Source: a bacterium (lineage in GTDB: Bacteria; JADJOY01). Taken from it: 64,000 nt of DNA. The notes below the pieces were generated by a model. It did no database searches and was not told the DNA's origin. It worked only from the letters and a program-made list of their open reading frames with translations. Within the stretch, counting starts at the first letter, position 1; each line of letters begins with the position of its first letter. The stretch covers positions 1-64,000 of the forward strand of contig JAXLQJ010000034.1 in assembly GCA_046331705.1 (NCBI GenBank). The letters run 5' to 3'. A program made the position numbers and the translations under genes. Positions 48,150-58,328 of this stretch are shown here, in pieces.

Positions 48150-49256
48150 ATGCAACGCTTTCCCATCGACGGTCGCGAGATCGGCCCCGGCGCACCCACC
48201 TTCATCGTGGCCGAGGCCGGCATCAATCATCAGGGCGATCGCGAGATGGCGCTGGAGCTGATCCGCGCCGCGGACGAGGCCGGCGCGGACGCCATCAAGT
48301 TCCAGAAGCGAAGCCTGGACCGCATCCTCACCCGCAGCGGGCTGGCGATGCCCTACGAGCACGCCAACAGCTTCGGCCGCACCTACGGCGAGCACAAGGC
48401 GGCGCTCGAGCTCTCCGAGGACGATTGGCACGCCTTGCGCGACGCCGCCGAGGACCGCGGCCTCTTCTTCTTCGCGTCCGTGTGGGACGAGGAGAGCGCC
48501 GACTTCTGCGCCGACCTCGGCGCCCCGCTCTTCAAGATCGCCTCGGCGGACGTCACCAACCTCCCGCTGCTGTTGCACGTCGCACGGAAGAACCGGCCGG
48601 TGTTCGTGTCGACCGGCATGTCGGATCTCGACGAGATCGACAACGTGGTGCGCGTGCTGCGCGCAGCGGGAACGCCGCACGTGCTCTTGCAGTGCACCTC
48701 GACGTACCCCACTCGCGACGCCGACGTGAACCTGCGGGCGATGGAGCTCCTGCGTTCGCGCTATGGCTGCCCGGTCGGCTACTCGGGCCACGAATCGGGC
48801 ATCGAGATCTCGCTGGCGGCGGTGGCCCTCGGTGCCTGCGTGATCGAGCGCCACCTGACGATCGACAAGACGCTCAAGGGCGGCGACCACGCCGCGAGCC
48901 TCGAGCCCGACGAGCTCGCCCGAATGGTGCGCGGCATCCGCCGCATCGAGGCCGCGCTCGGCAGCCCGCAGAAGCGCTGCTTGCCGGCCGAGCGCACGGT
49001 GCGCCGCAAGCTCGCCAAGAGCCTGGTCACGACCACGGCGATCACGCCGGGGCAGCGCATCGAGGAATGGATGCTCACCACCAAGGGACCGGGCACGGGG
49101 TTCTCGCCCGACCGCATCGGCGAGATCGTGGGACGCATCGCGTCGCGCTCGATCCCCGAGGACGTGGTGCTCACCGACGACGATCTCATCCCCACCCTCG
49201 GCGACGCGTACGTCGCCCGCGTCACCGGCCGGCGCTTCGTCGTCGGGCTGAACTGA
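48150..49256 (+). CDS. NeuB/SpsE/PseI-family nonulosonate synthase with C-terminal SAF domain
   Basis: IVAEAGINHQGD; GADAIKFQK; KIASAD; STGMS; GYSGHE; IERHLT; DHAASLEP. Confidence 0.93.
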   Translation: MQRFPIDGREIGPGAPTFIVAEAGINHQGDREMALELIRAADEAGADAIKFQKRSLDRILTRSGLAMPYEHANSFGRTYGEHKAALELSEDDWHALRDAAEDRGLFFFASVWDEESADFCADLGAPLFKIASADVTNLPLLLHVARKNRPVFVSTGMSDLDEIDNVVRVLRAAGTPHVLLQCTSTYPTRDADVNLRAMELLRSRYGCPVGYSGHESGIEISLAAVALGACVIERHLTIDKTLKGGDHAASLEPDELARMVRGIRRIEAALGSPQKRCLPAERTVRRKLAKSLVTTTAITPGQRIEEWMLTTKGPGTGFSPDRIGEIVGRIASRSIPEDVVLTDDDLIPTLGDAYVARVTGRRFVVGLN

Positions 49257-49266
49257 GGCGGCGATC

Positions 49267-50598
49267 ATGAACGTGTTGCTGGTGAATCCGCCGATCGGGG
49301 TCGCCGAGAATCGGCCACCGAACAACATCCCCACGGGTCTCGCGATCCTGACGGCGATGCTTCGCGACTGCGGCCACCACGTCGCGGTCCTCGATCTGAA
49401 CGCCACCAGGCCGGATGCCGCGACCACCGAAGCGCTGATCCAGGACGACCCCCACGAGTACGACCTCATCGGTCTCTCCGGGCTCATCACCACGCTCGCC
49501 TGGCAGGAGCGGCTGGCACGCTCGCTGCGCGCGCGCCATCCGAAGGCGCTGCTGGTGAGCGGCGGCGGGCTCGCCACCGACATCGGGCCGGACCTGCTGA
49601 GCTGGATTCCGGCCCTCGACGGCATCGTGCGCGGCGAAGGCGAGCAAGCGCTCGCGACGCTCCTCGAGCTCGCCCGCGAACGCGAAGGCATCGCCGCGCG
49701 GCCCGGGTTGAGCTGGCGCGACGGCCGCTTCGTGCTCGCAGCCGAAGCGCCCCAGGACCTCGACTTGCTCCCCTTCCCGGCCTGGGACGCGCTGCCCATC
49801 GAGATCTACCTCGCCAACCCGATCTGGGGCGGCAACAGCAACAACTCCTCGGCGCTCGGCTTCACGAGCCAGCGCAGCATGAACGTGCTCACGTCGCGCG
49901 GCTGCCCGTGGACCTGCAAGTTCTGCGTGTCGGCGATGGGCTTCGGCCGCTACCGCTTCCGCGACGCCGGCAACGTCGTCGCCGAGATCGAGACCGTCAT
50001 CGCCGAGTTCGGCGTCGACTTCATCGGCTTCGTGGACGACAACTTCATGGTGCACCGGCCGCGGTTGCGCGAGGTGTGCGCCGAGCTCAAGCGAATCGGC
50101 ATCCGCTGGGGCTGCCACGGCCGTCTCGATCAGGCGCGTCCCGAGGTGCTGGAGCTGATGGCGGACGCGGGCTGCGTCTACATCGGCTACGGCGGCGAGA
50201 GCGCCAGCCAGCCGATCCTCGACGCGATGGAGAAGCGCATCACGGTCGAGGAGATGCGCGACGCGGTGCGCTCCACCAAGCGCGTGGGCATCACGCCGAA
50301 CCTGACCTGGATCTCGGGCTACCCGGGCGAGACGCGCGACGACCTGCGAGCGACGGCGCGCTTCATCCTCGACGAGGAGCTCGCCAATCGGCGCTTGTTC
50401 GTCGCGACTCCCTACCCCGGCACGCCGCTCTTCCGTGACGCGCTGCCGCGAATCGAAGCGCATTTCCCTTCGGTGCGCGATTACGTCGCGGGCCTCGGCG
50501 ACGCCGATCGCCTGCTGGTGAACCTGAGCGCGATGTCGGACCACGAGTTCCGGGAATGTCGCGAGCTGATCGAGGCCGGCGAGCTCGCCCGCATCTGA
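49267..50598 (+). CDS. B12-binding domain radical SAM enzyme (class B methyltransferase-like)
   Basis: N-terminal cobalamin-binding fold; TSRGCPWTCKFC; FVDDNF; GGESAS; TPYPGTPL. Confidence 0.9.
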   Translation: MNVLLVNPPIGVAENRPPNNIPTGLAILTAMLRDCGHHVAVLDLNATRPDAATTEALIQDDPHEYDLIGLSGLITTLAWQERLARSLRARHPKALLVSGGGLATDIGPDLLSWIPALDGIVRGEGEQALATLLELAREREGIAARPGLSWRDGRFVLAAEAPQDLDLLPFPAWDALPIEIYLANPIWGGNSNNSSALGFTSQRSMNVLTSRGCPWTCKFCVSAMGFGRYRFRDAGNVVAEIETVIAEFGVDFIGFVDDNFMVHRPRLREVCAELKRIGIRWGCHGRLDQARPEVLELMADAGCVYIGYGGESASQPILDAMEKRITVEEMRDAVRSTKRVGITPNLTWISGYPGETRDDLRATARFILDEELANRRLFVATPYPGTPLFRDALPRIEAHFPSVRDYVAGLGDADRLLVNLSAMSDHEFRECRELIEAGELARI

Positions 50599-50617
50599 CC
50601 CCAACCCCGAGGCTCCC

Positions 50618-51688
50618 ATGCGCGTGCTGATGATCGCCCCCAACGATCCCGCGGGCGCAGCGATCAATCTGCTGAAGGCGCTGCGCAAGCATCCCGCGGG
50701 CGCGGACGCACGCCTCGTGACGGTCACGCGGCGCTACGACTTCCGCTTCGCGCGCGACATCTACGTGCCCGACGTCTGCGGTCGCCCGGATTGCGACCGC
50801 GCGGTGCTCGGTCCTCCCACGCGCGGTTGCGTCGGCTGCACGCGTCCCGCCGAGATCGGGATCCACGCCTTCGACGAGATCCGCGAGCTGCTCCGCGCCG
50901 CCGACGTGATCCACTTCCACATCCTGGCGGACGAAGACCTTCGGATCGGTCCGCTGCGCGTGGGCGATCACGTGCGCTCCTCGGCCGAGCTCGTGCACCA
51001 CCACCACGGTCATCCGGATTTCCGCGCGAACCCCGGGCGCTATCGCACGAAATACGCGGTCCTCGGCCGGCGCGCGCTGGTCAGCACGCCGGACCTCCTG
51101 CGGCTCTTGCCGGAGGCGACCTGGCTTCCGAACTGCGTGCCGGTCGACGAGCCGCTCTATCGCCCGTTTCGCACGCGGCACGCCGGTCGCGCGGTGCGGC
51201 TCGCGCACTCGCCCACCCGCCGCGACCTCAAGAACACCGCCGAGCTGCTGCAGATCGTCGCCGCTTTGCGCGCGGAGGGCACCGCGCTCGAGCTCGATCT
51301 GCTCGAGAACCTGCGCCACGTCGCGTGCCTGGAGCGCAAGCGACGCGCCGATCTCTGCTTCGACCACATGCAGGGCTATTTCGGCATGTCGTCGCTCGAG
51401 GCGCTGGCCCAAGGGGTACCGACGCTCGCCGGCATCGATGCCTGGAACGAGGCCGCGATCCGGGAATTCTTCGGCTGCGGGACGATCCCGTGGGTGGTGG
51501 TGCGCGACGCCGCGACCCTCACGCGCACCTTGCGCCGGCTGGCGGCCCATCCGCGCGAGCGTCTCGAGATCGGCGACCAGGCGCGCAACTTCATGAAAAC
51601 CGTGTGGACCGAGCGTCGCGTCGCCGACGCCCTGGTCGACTTCTACCAGGCGCGCGCGACCGCGGCGCCGAGGCTCGCTCATGGATAG
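50618..51688 (+). CDS. GT-B fold glycosyltransferase-like protein
   Basis: HSPT..LKNT; ADLCFDHMQGYFGMSSLEALAQGVP. Confidence 0.7.
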   Translation: MRVLMIAPNDPAGAAINLLKALRKHPAGADARLVTVTRRYDFRFARDIYVPDVCGRPDCDRAVLGPPTRGCVGCTRPAEIGIHAFDEIRELLRAADVIHFHILADEDLRIGPLRVGDHVRSSAELVHHHHGHPDFRANPGRYRTKYAVLGRRALVSTPDLLRLLPEATWLPNCVPVDEPLYRPFRTRHAGRAVRLAHSPTRRDLKNTAELLQIVAALRAEGTALELDLLENLRHVACLERKRRADLCFDHMQGYFGMSSLEALAQGVPTLAGIDAWNEAAIREFFGCGTIPWVVVRDAATLTRTLRRLAAHPRERLEIGDQARNFMKTVWTERRVADALVDFYQARATAAPRLAHG

Positions 51689-52823
51689 ACGTCGTTTCGA
51701 GAGCCTGCTCACGGGTCTGCCGGAGTTCGGCGGGCGACTCGTCGGCTGGATGCGCATCTCCACCTGGGCCGCCGGCGCGTCGTCGCCGACCGTGCTGCCG
51801 CCGGCCTCGCTCGACGACGACGGCGGCCAGCGCTCGGCCAGCGCCGCGTGGGCGTGGCTCGGCGATCTGCCCGGCACGTGGCCGCTCGACCGGACCGTGG
51901 CGCGGCTCGTCCGTCGCGTGGCACCGGGCGGATGGGTGGCGGTGTCGTGGGGGCCGGACAGCCGCTGGAGCGTGGGGCTGCTCTGCGAGCGCGACGCCCA
52001 GAATCGCGCGGCCTGCGTGAGAGATGCGCTCCAGCTCGCGGGCGTGCGCGACATCGCGACCGTCGCGGGAGTGTTCCCGACGCTCGTCGGCCGTCGCATC
52101 TCCGACGAGCGCGAGCGGGTCTCGGTCGCGGTGCTCGCACGCGATCAGGAGCGCACGCTGCGCGCGACGCTCGACTCGCTGCTCGTCCAGACCCATCCCG
52201 AGGTCGAGATCCTGGTGATCGACGACGGCTCGCGCGACGGCACCGCCCGCGTCGCCGACCACTACCGCGACCGGGTGCGCGTGCTCACACACGCCAACTG
52301 GGGCGTGGCGCGCTCCCTGAATCACGCGTTCCTCCAGAGCACCGGCGCCCACTTCACGTGGATCGGCGGCGACAACCTGCTCTACCCCACGGCGCTCGAG
52401 CTGATGGCGAGCGAGCTCGCCAGCGATCGCACCCTGGGCGGCGTGTACGCCGACCACGACGTGATCTCGGATGCGGGCCGCTACCTCACCACCGAGCGCA
52501 AGCCGGACTTCGATCTCGCGATCGTGCGGCAGCGCTACCTCATGGGCATCGTCTTCCTCACGCCCCGCGCCGTGGTCGACGCCGTGGGCGGCTTCGACTC
52601 CGAGCTCGACGTCGCCGAAGACGACGCCTTCTGGCTCGCGGTGGCGGAACGTTTCCCGGTGCTGCACGTGCCACAGGTGCTGGGCGCCTATCGCTTCCAC
52701 GGCCCGGCGGCGAGCCTCGCCGCCGCCCGCGCCCGCGCCACGAAGCTCGCCGCCGCGCGTCGCGTCTCCCAGCTCCTGCGCCAGGGAGCCGACGCCGAGC
52801 AGTCGTGCCCGAGGTTCGCATGA
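51681..52823 (+). CDS. Glycosyltransferase family 2
   Basis: SLLVQTHPEVEILVIDDGSRDGT; N.GVARSLN; AED. Confidence 0.85.
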   Translation: MDRRRFESLLTGLPEFGGRLVGWMRISTWAAGASSPTVLPPASLDDDGGQRSASAAWAWLGDLPGTWPLDRTVARLVRRVAPGGWVAVSWGPDSRWSVGLLCERDAQNRAACVRDALQLAGVRDIATVAGVFPTLVGRRISDERERVSVAVLARDQERTLRATLDSLLVQTHPEVEILVIDDGSRDGTARVADHYRDRVRVLTHANWGVARSLNHAFLQSTGAHFTWIGGDNLLYPTALELMASELASDRTLGGVYADHDVISDAGRYLTTERKPDFDLAIVRQRYLMGIVFLTPRAVVDAVGGFDSELDVAEDDAFWLAVAERFPVLHVPQVLGAYRFHGPAASLAAARARATKLAAARRVSQLLRQGADAEQSCPRFA

Positions 52824-53560
52824 GCGCCGCGCCGCGCGTCGAGCCGTTCGTGAGCGTGGTGATCCCGCTCTACGACGGCAGGCGCTTCCTCGCCGAGGCG
52901 ATCGCGTCGGTGCGCGCCCAGACCTTCGGCGACTGGGAGCTCGTGGTCGTCGACGACGGCTCGCGCGACGGCGGAGCCGAGCTGGCGCAGGCGATCTACC
53001 CGGCGGTGCGCGTGGTGCGACACGACGCGAACCGCGGCCTCGGCGCCGCGCGCAACAGCGGCGCGCGCCACGCTCGCGGGCGCTACGTGGCCTACCTCTC
53101 GGCCGACGATCTGTGGGACCCCGAGTTCCTGGAGCGCACGGTGGCCAGCGCCGAGCGCGAGCCCGAGGCCGTCCACTTCAGCCGCTACCGCTTCATCGAC
53201 GCCGAGCGCAACGCGCGCTTCTCGCTGGTGCTGCCGGTCTTCACCGACGTGGGGTCGTTTCGCGAACGGGTGTGGGAGTGGTCGGAGGCCAAGAACTGCT
53301 TCGTGAGCTTCTCCGCCGCGCTCTTCCCGCGCTCGCTCTTCGACACGGTGCCGTTCGACGAGGAGCTGCGCTTCAACGAGGACCTGCTCTTCTTGCTTCA
53401 GTCCATGTATCGCGTTCCGTACCGGCTGGTGAACGCCGAGCTCGGCAGCTATCGGTTGCACGCCGAGCAAACCACCCAGCGCGTGCTCGCGGAGATCCCC
53501 GCCCAGGTGGAGCGGATTCTCGCGCGCGCCAAGCAGGAGCTCCGCCCCGCAGCGGCGTGA
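52820..53560 (+). CDS. Glycosyltransferase family 2
   Basis: VSVVIPLY; VVDDGSRDG; NRGLGAARNSG; LSADD; ED. Confidence 0.9.
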   Translation: MSAAPRVEPFVSVVIPLYDGRRFLAEAIASVRAQTFGDWELVVVDDGSRDGGAELAQAIYPAVRVVRHDANRGLGAARNSGARHARGRYVAYLSADDLWDPEFLERTVASAEREPEAVHFSRYRFIDAERNARFSLVLPVFTDVGSFRERVWEWSEAKNCFVSFSAALFPRSLFDTVPFDEELRFNEDLLFLLQSMYRVPYRLVNAELGSYRLHAEQTTQRVLAEIPAQVERILARAKQELRPAAA

Positions 53561-53594
53561 GCGCCGGACCGAGCCATCCCGAGGAGATCCCGCC

Positions 53595-54728
53595 ATGAAT
53601 TCCACGAACGACGACGACGTCTACTCGGCCTGGAAGTTCGTCCACCATCCCGAGCGGATCCATGCCATCCGCGAGCGGCGCCCCGTGGCGCCCGCCAACC
53701 TGCAGATCGACCTGGAAGGCCGCTGCAACCACAACTGCCGGTTCTGCGCCTACCGCAACGCGGGCTTCGACGAGGTCGGCATGCGCTTCACCGAGCCGCT
53801 GCGCATCTCGCGCGAGCGCGGCTTCCGGCTCATCGACGAGATCCACGAGCTCGAGATCCCGAGCGTCGAGATCACCGGCGGCGGCGAGAGCATGCTGTGG
53901 CCGTGGATCGAGGAGTTCGTGGATCGGCTCGACCACACGGAGCTGGCGATCGTCACCCACGGGCACTCGCTTCGGCCCGCGATCGTCGACCGGATCCAGC
54001 GCGACTCGCTGCGCTGGATTCGCTTCTCGCTCGACTCCTGCACGCGCGAGACGCACGCACGCGTCCATCGCGTGAAGGAGACGCAGTTCGCGCGCGTGCT
54101 CGATCACATGGCGTACGTGCTCAACAAGGGCTTCCCCAACGCGCGCATCGGCGTGAGCTACGTGGTGGTACCCGAGAACGTCCACGAGATCGCGGCCGCC
54201 GCGCGCTTCTGGAAGGCCTTCGGCGTCCACAACATCCGCTACAGCTTCACCTACGACGCGGGCTACGAAGGACGCCTCTCCAGCGAGGCGCGCGAGCGGG
54301 TGTTCGCGCTCATGGACGAGGCGCGCGCCGAGCAAGACGACGGCTTTCGCGTCTTCGGCTGGAAGGAGCGGCTCGACAACTACGCCCCCGGCAACAGCGA
54401 CTTCGCGACCTGCGGCTACCAGTACGGCACCATCGCGATCGGCAACGACGGCGGCGTGTGGCCGTGCTGCATCGTGAAGTACTACCCGGCCTACGCGATC
54501 GGAAACATCAACGAGCAGAGCCTGGGCACGATCCTGCTCGGCCCCGGCCGCGAGACCTATCTCAAGACCTTCGACCCCAAGGGCTGCCCGCCCTGCTGGT
54601 TGCGTGACAAGAACAAGTTCATCGAGGCGCTCGCCAGCGGCTGCACCCGCGACCTGCTCGGCGAACGCCACGGCGAGTTCGAACGCTACGCGCGGCGCAC
54701 CGACGCGCCGCACCTCAACTTCCCGTGA
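53595..54728 (+). CDS. Radical SAM/SPASM-twitch domain protein
   Basis: CNHNCRFC; ITGGGE; C-terminal C..GGVWPCC..IGNI..CPPC. Confidence 0.9.
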   Translation: MNSTNDDDVYSAWKFVHHPERIHAIRERRPVAPANLQIDLEGRCNHNCRFCAYRNAGFDEVGMRFTEPLRISRERGFRLIDEIHELEIPSVEITGGGESMLWPWIEEFVDRLDHTELAIVTHGHSLRPAIVDRIQRDSLRWIRFSLDSCTRETHARVHRVKETQFARVLDHMAYVLNKGFPNARIGVSYVVVPENVHEIAAAARFWKAFGVHNIRYSFTYDAGYEGRLSSEARERVFALMDEARAEQDDGFRVFGWKERLDNYAPGNSDFATCGYQYGTIAIGNDGGVWPCCIVKYYPAYAIGNINEQSLGTILLGPGRETYLKTFDPKGCPPCWLRDKNKFIEALASGCTRDLLGERHGEFERYARRTDAPHLNFP

Positions 54729-54792
54729 GCGCGCGACGGTCGCGCACCCACGCACGAATGGTCCCACTGCGAACGCGACGGGAGAGCGAGCC

Positions 54793-56001
54793 GTGAACCT
54801 GCTCATGGTGGGATGGGCGTCCGCCGACGAACGCGCCGGGGGCGTGGAAAGCATCCAGGTCGACATGGTGCGGCACCTGGGAGCGCGCCTGGTCGACGTG
54901 CGCGAGGCCGCGCATCAGCTGGGCGTGGATCTCGGCCCCTATCAACGACACTCGAACATCGATCGCGCCTGCCTGCTCGCCGAGTACGTGGCGCTCGTCG
55001 AGCAGCACCAGGACTTCGATGCCGTCATCTCGGCGGCCGACTGCGGCGCCTTCCTGCGCACCCGCGCGCCGCTCATCCTCTACTGGCACAATCCCTACCG
55101 CGACATCGCCGAGCTGCTTCACCGCGAGGGCGCTTACGACCGGCTGCGGCTCTACGAGTACGGCCAGCAATACCCTGCGCTCCAGGAGCACGGCGCCAAG
55201 CGCGCCATCGCCAACGTGGCGGTGAGCCCCTGGATGGGCGGCTACCTGGGACGCTGCCGCACGCGCTGCGATCGAGTGATCCCGCTCGGCGTGGACGCCG
55301 ATCAGTTCGCCCCCGCCTCCAGCGCCGAGCGTGAGCGCATGCGCAAGAGCCTGGGGCTGCCCGCGGATCGGCCGCTGGTGCTCTTCACCGGCGCCTTCCA
55401 CCCGGTCTCGGGCTACGCGGTCGTCGACGCGCTGCGCGCGCGGGTGCCGGAATGGTCGTGGCTGATGGTGTTCAAGGAGCTCAAGCCTCGCAAGACCACG
55501 CTGCTCGGCAGGGAGTCGGTCGTCTATCCCGAGCCCGACGGACGCACGTGCGTGCTCGAATGCCTGCGTCGCGGCGACATGGCCGACGTGTACCGCGCCG
55601 CCGACGTGATGGTGAGCGCGTCGCCGATCGAGAGCTTCAACCTGAAGGCGGTGGAGGCGCTCACCTGCGGCACGCCGGTGGTGACCACGCGCGCCGGCAT
55701 CTTCGCCGACTGGCCGTCGGAAGGCCCGTTCGGCGCGGTGGTGGACAGCCGCGATCCCGCCGCGTTCGAGGCGGCGATCGGGCGCGTGCTCTCCGGTGAG
55801 ATCGGTCGCGATCCGCGCTCGGCCTCGGTTCCCTACCTGACGCTCGACCGCTTCGAGCGCGACTGGCGCGCGCTGCTCACGCACGTCGTCGATCACCACC
55901 AGCGCCGGGTGAGCGCACGCCGATTGCCGGCGCTCGCGTCCGCGGGCAACGCGCTCCGGCGCGCTGGCACCGAAAGCGCAACACCGCTCGCGTCGCTCTG
56001 A
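54793..56001 (+). CDS. Glycosyltransferase family 4
   Basis: VIPLGVD..F; YRAADVMV..ESFNLKAVEALTCGTPVV. Confidence 0.88.
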   Translation: MNLLMVGWASADERAGGVESIQVDMVRHLGARLVDVREAAHQLGVDLGPYQRHSNIDRACLLAEYVALVEQHQDFDAVISAADCGAFLRTRAPLILYWHNPYRDIAELLHREGAYDRLRLYEYGQQYPALQEHGAKRAIANVAVSPWMGGYLGRCRTRCDRVIPLGVDADQFAPASSAERERMRKSLGLPADRPLVLFTGAFHPVSGYAVVDALRARVPEWSWLMVFKELKPRKTTLLGRESVVYPEPDGRTCVLECLRRGDMADVYRAADVMVSASPIESFNLKAVEALTCGTPVVTTRAGIFADWPSEGPFGAVVDSRDPAAFEAAIGRVLSGEIGRDPRSASVPYLTLDRFERDWRALLTHVVDHHQRRVSARRLPALASAGNALRRAGTESATPLASL

Positions 56002-56050
56002 ACGAGCACGTCGATCCCTGCCCAGCACGGCACGAGCCTCGGAGGACCAC

Positions 56051-56614
56051 ATGAACATCCAGCTCAACGGGGACCGCGTCGCGACGGTCACGGGCGTGGC
56101 GCCGCTCGCGTCGCTCCTCGATCACCTCCACCGGGAGGTCCTGCCACGCGGCCACGTGCTCACCTCGGTGCGTCTCGACGAGCGCGAGCTCATGGATCTC
56201 GACCCCGCGAGCACCGTCATCGACGCCGACGCCGGCCAGTCGCTCGAGGTCTCGAGCAACGGCCCGGCCGTGCTCCTGACCGAGAGCCTCGTCGAGATGC
56301 GCACGTGGATGGGCCGACTCGAGCTCGCGCTGACGCGTTGCGCCGGCATGGTGCGAGAGGGCGAGGCGTGGAGCACGCCCTATCTCCAATGCCTCGAGGC
56401 GTTCGACGTGTTCATCCGCTACGTGCACCCCGCCGGACCGCTGCTCGAGCGCGCGGGACGCGGGCGCTCGCCGTCCCTCGGCCAGGTCGGTGAGATGCTG
56501 CGCGCGCTGGAGGAGGCGTTCCGCCGCGGCGACGAGATCGGCGTCGCCGACGCCCTCGAGTACGAGCTCGCGCCGCTGGTGCGCGACTGGCAGCGCTACC
56601 TCGACGCCGTGTGA
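56051..56614 (+). CDS. Hypothetical protein of flagellar glycosylation loci (ADALEYEL motif)
   Basis: GGAGG RBS; C-terminal D..GVADALEYELAP..W. Confidence 0.65.
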   Translation: MNIQLNGDRVATVTGVAPLASLLDHLHREVLPRGHVLTSVRLDERELMDLDPASTVIDADAGQSLEVSSNGPAVLLTESLVEMRTWMGRLELALTRCAGMVREGEAWSTPYLQCLEAFDVFIRYVHPAGPLLERAGRGRSPSLGQVGEMLRALEEAFRRGDEIGVADALEYELAPLVRDWQRYLDAV

Positions 56615-56659
56615 GCCCGACCGCGCGCGCCGTCCTCCGCAAGGCGCGTCCGTTCCACG

Positions 56660-56990
56660 CCCGCGCGTCGTTCGCTCGATCCGGCGTTGACGTCGCCGTT
56701 CTCGAGCTCGTCCGAGAAGCGGTCGACGAGCCCGGCTCGCACCACCTCGCCCGGCGCGATGTCGAGATCCGTCTCGGCACAGTCGACCACCGGACCGCCG
56801 TTCAGTTGATCGGAAAATCCCGCCGATGGGACGGTTCGTCGTGGCGCTGTTCGCGATCCGCACGAGGATCGGCAGCGCGCTGGCGGCGAAGGGCTCGGGG
56901 TGATCGAGCACGTTCGCCTCGACGTCGCTCGCAAGCGTGAGCGCGACAGCGTCGTCGCCGGCGAAGCCATCGGAAGCGCGCGACGACGCG
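56660..56990 (-). pseudogene. Possible frameshifted remnant of a secreted protein
   Basis: Protein-like text switches frame near 56815; ends DRFSDELENGDV. Confidence 0.25.
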
Positions 56991-57196
56991 CGCTGCGCCC
57001 TCGTCCAAACACGCGCGGGTGCGTGGTCGGGCAGCGAGGATGTCCGTCGCACCAGCTGGTGCATGCCGGACGAGACCGAGCGACGCCTTTCGGTGCGGGC
57101 TCGGCGACGGGTGCGCCCGGACGTGACGATCCAGGCACGGCGGGTGGGCGCGTACCGTGGGCCGCCCGTCGCAGCGGCCCGCCCACCGAGGATCGA

Positions 57197-58021
57197 TCAG
57201 CCTTGCAGGAGGCGCAGCGCTGCCTGGACGGACGAGTTCGCCTGGGCGAGCACCGCGATGCCGGACTGCTGCAGGATCTGGTTGCGCACCAGCTCCGACG
57301 ACTCGGCGGCGACGTCCACGTCGCGGATCCGCGATTCGGCGGCGCTCTCGTTCTCGGTCGCCGCTTGCAGATTGCGGATCGTGACCTGAAGCCGGTTCTG
57401 CGTCGCGCCGAAGGAGGCGCGATAGGCCGACAGGCTGTTGATCGCGGCCGAGATCTTGTCGAGGGTCGAGCTGGCGTTGGACGTCGTCGAGACCGTCAGA
57501 CCCGAGAGCCCGAGGGTGCTCACGCTGACGTTCACGGCGGACACGCTGATGACGTTGTTGCCGCCCGAGTTGAGCCCCACCTGGAACGAGATCGTCTGCG
57601 TCGAGGCGAGCGGCTTCATGCCCGCGAACTCGGTGGTCTGCGCGATCCGGTTGATCTCGGTCAGGAGCTGCTGGAACTCGGTGTCGATCGCGCCGCGCTC
57701 GGAGTTCGAGAGCGTGCCGTTGGCGCTCTGCAGCGCCAGCTCGCGAAGCCGCGTCAGGATCGAGGCTTGCTCGCCCATCGCGCCTTCACCGATCTGCAGA
57801 AGGCTGATCCCGTCGTTGGCGTTGCGGACCGCCTGGCCGAGGCCGCGGATCGAGGCTCGGAGGTTTTCCGAGATCGCGAGGCCCGCGGCATCGTCTGCCG
57901 CGCTGTTGATGCGGAGCCCCGAGGAAAGTCGCGTGAGGCTCGAGTTGAGGCGCCCCATCGTGATTTCGAGGTTGCGCTGGGCGTTGATCGCCGCCGTGTT
58001 GGTATTGACCCGGAGAGCCAT
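57197..58021 (-). CDS. fliC: Flagellin 2 (short, 274 aa)
   Basis: LSSGLRINSAADDAAGLA; SRIRDVD; paralog of 37313-38134. Confidence 0.98.
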   Translation of the reverse strand: MALRVNTNTAAINAQRNLEITMGRLNSSLTRLSSGLRINSAADDAAGLAISENLRASIRGLGQAVRNANDGISLLQIGEGAMGEQASILTRLRELALQSANGTLSNSERGAIDTEFQQLLTEINRIAQTTEFAGMKPLASTQTISFQVGLNSGGNNVISVSAVNVSVSTLGLSGLTVSTTSNASSTLDKISAAINSLSAYRASFGATQNRLQVTIRNLQAATENESAAESRIRDVDVAAESSELVRNQILQQSGIAVLAQANSSVQAALRLLQG

Positions 58022-58144
58022 GGTGCATCCTCCCTGATGCGTCGCTCCCGAGGATGGGAGGCGACTCGAGCGTCCGTGCTTGGTGCGTCACTGAGAACCG
58101 GTCGCCACTTCGAATCCGTCGACGTGCCGCTCGGTTCCCTCCGA

Positions 58145-58172
58145 TCATCGGCACCGACGCGACGGCACTTGA
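58145..58172 (-). promoter_or_regulatory. sigma28 promoter of flagellin 2
   Basis: Minus strand TCAAG-N15-GCCGATGA. Confidence 0.75.
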
Positions 58173-58262
58173 GCGAGCTCGCAGCAATGGAGCGCTCGAT
58201 CGCCGCGCCGCGGTGGCGCCCCTCCCGGCCACTGCGGCCGGACCCGGAGCGCTCCCGCGAGT

Positions 58263-58278
58263 TGGCACGAGATCGGCA
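58263..58278 (+). promoter_or_regulatory. Putative sigma54 promoter of the cgeB-like gene
   Basis: TGGCACGAGATCGGCA (GG-N10-GC). Confidence 0.5.
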
Positions 58279-58328
58279 AAGGGTCGGGTGGTACGCGTCC
58301 AGGAGCACGGGGAGGAGGGCAATCCACC

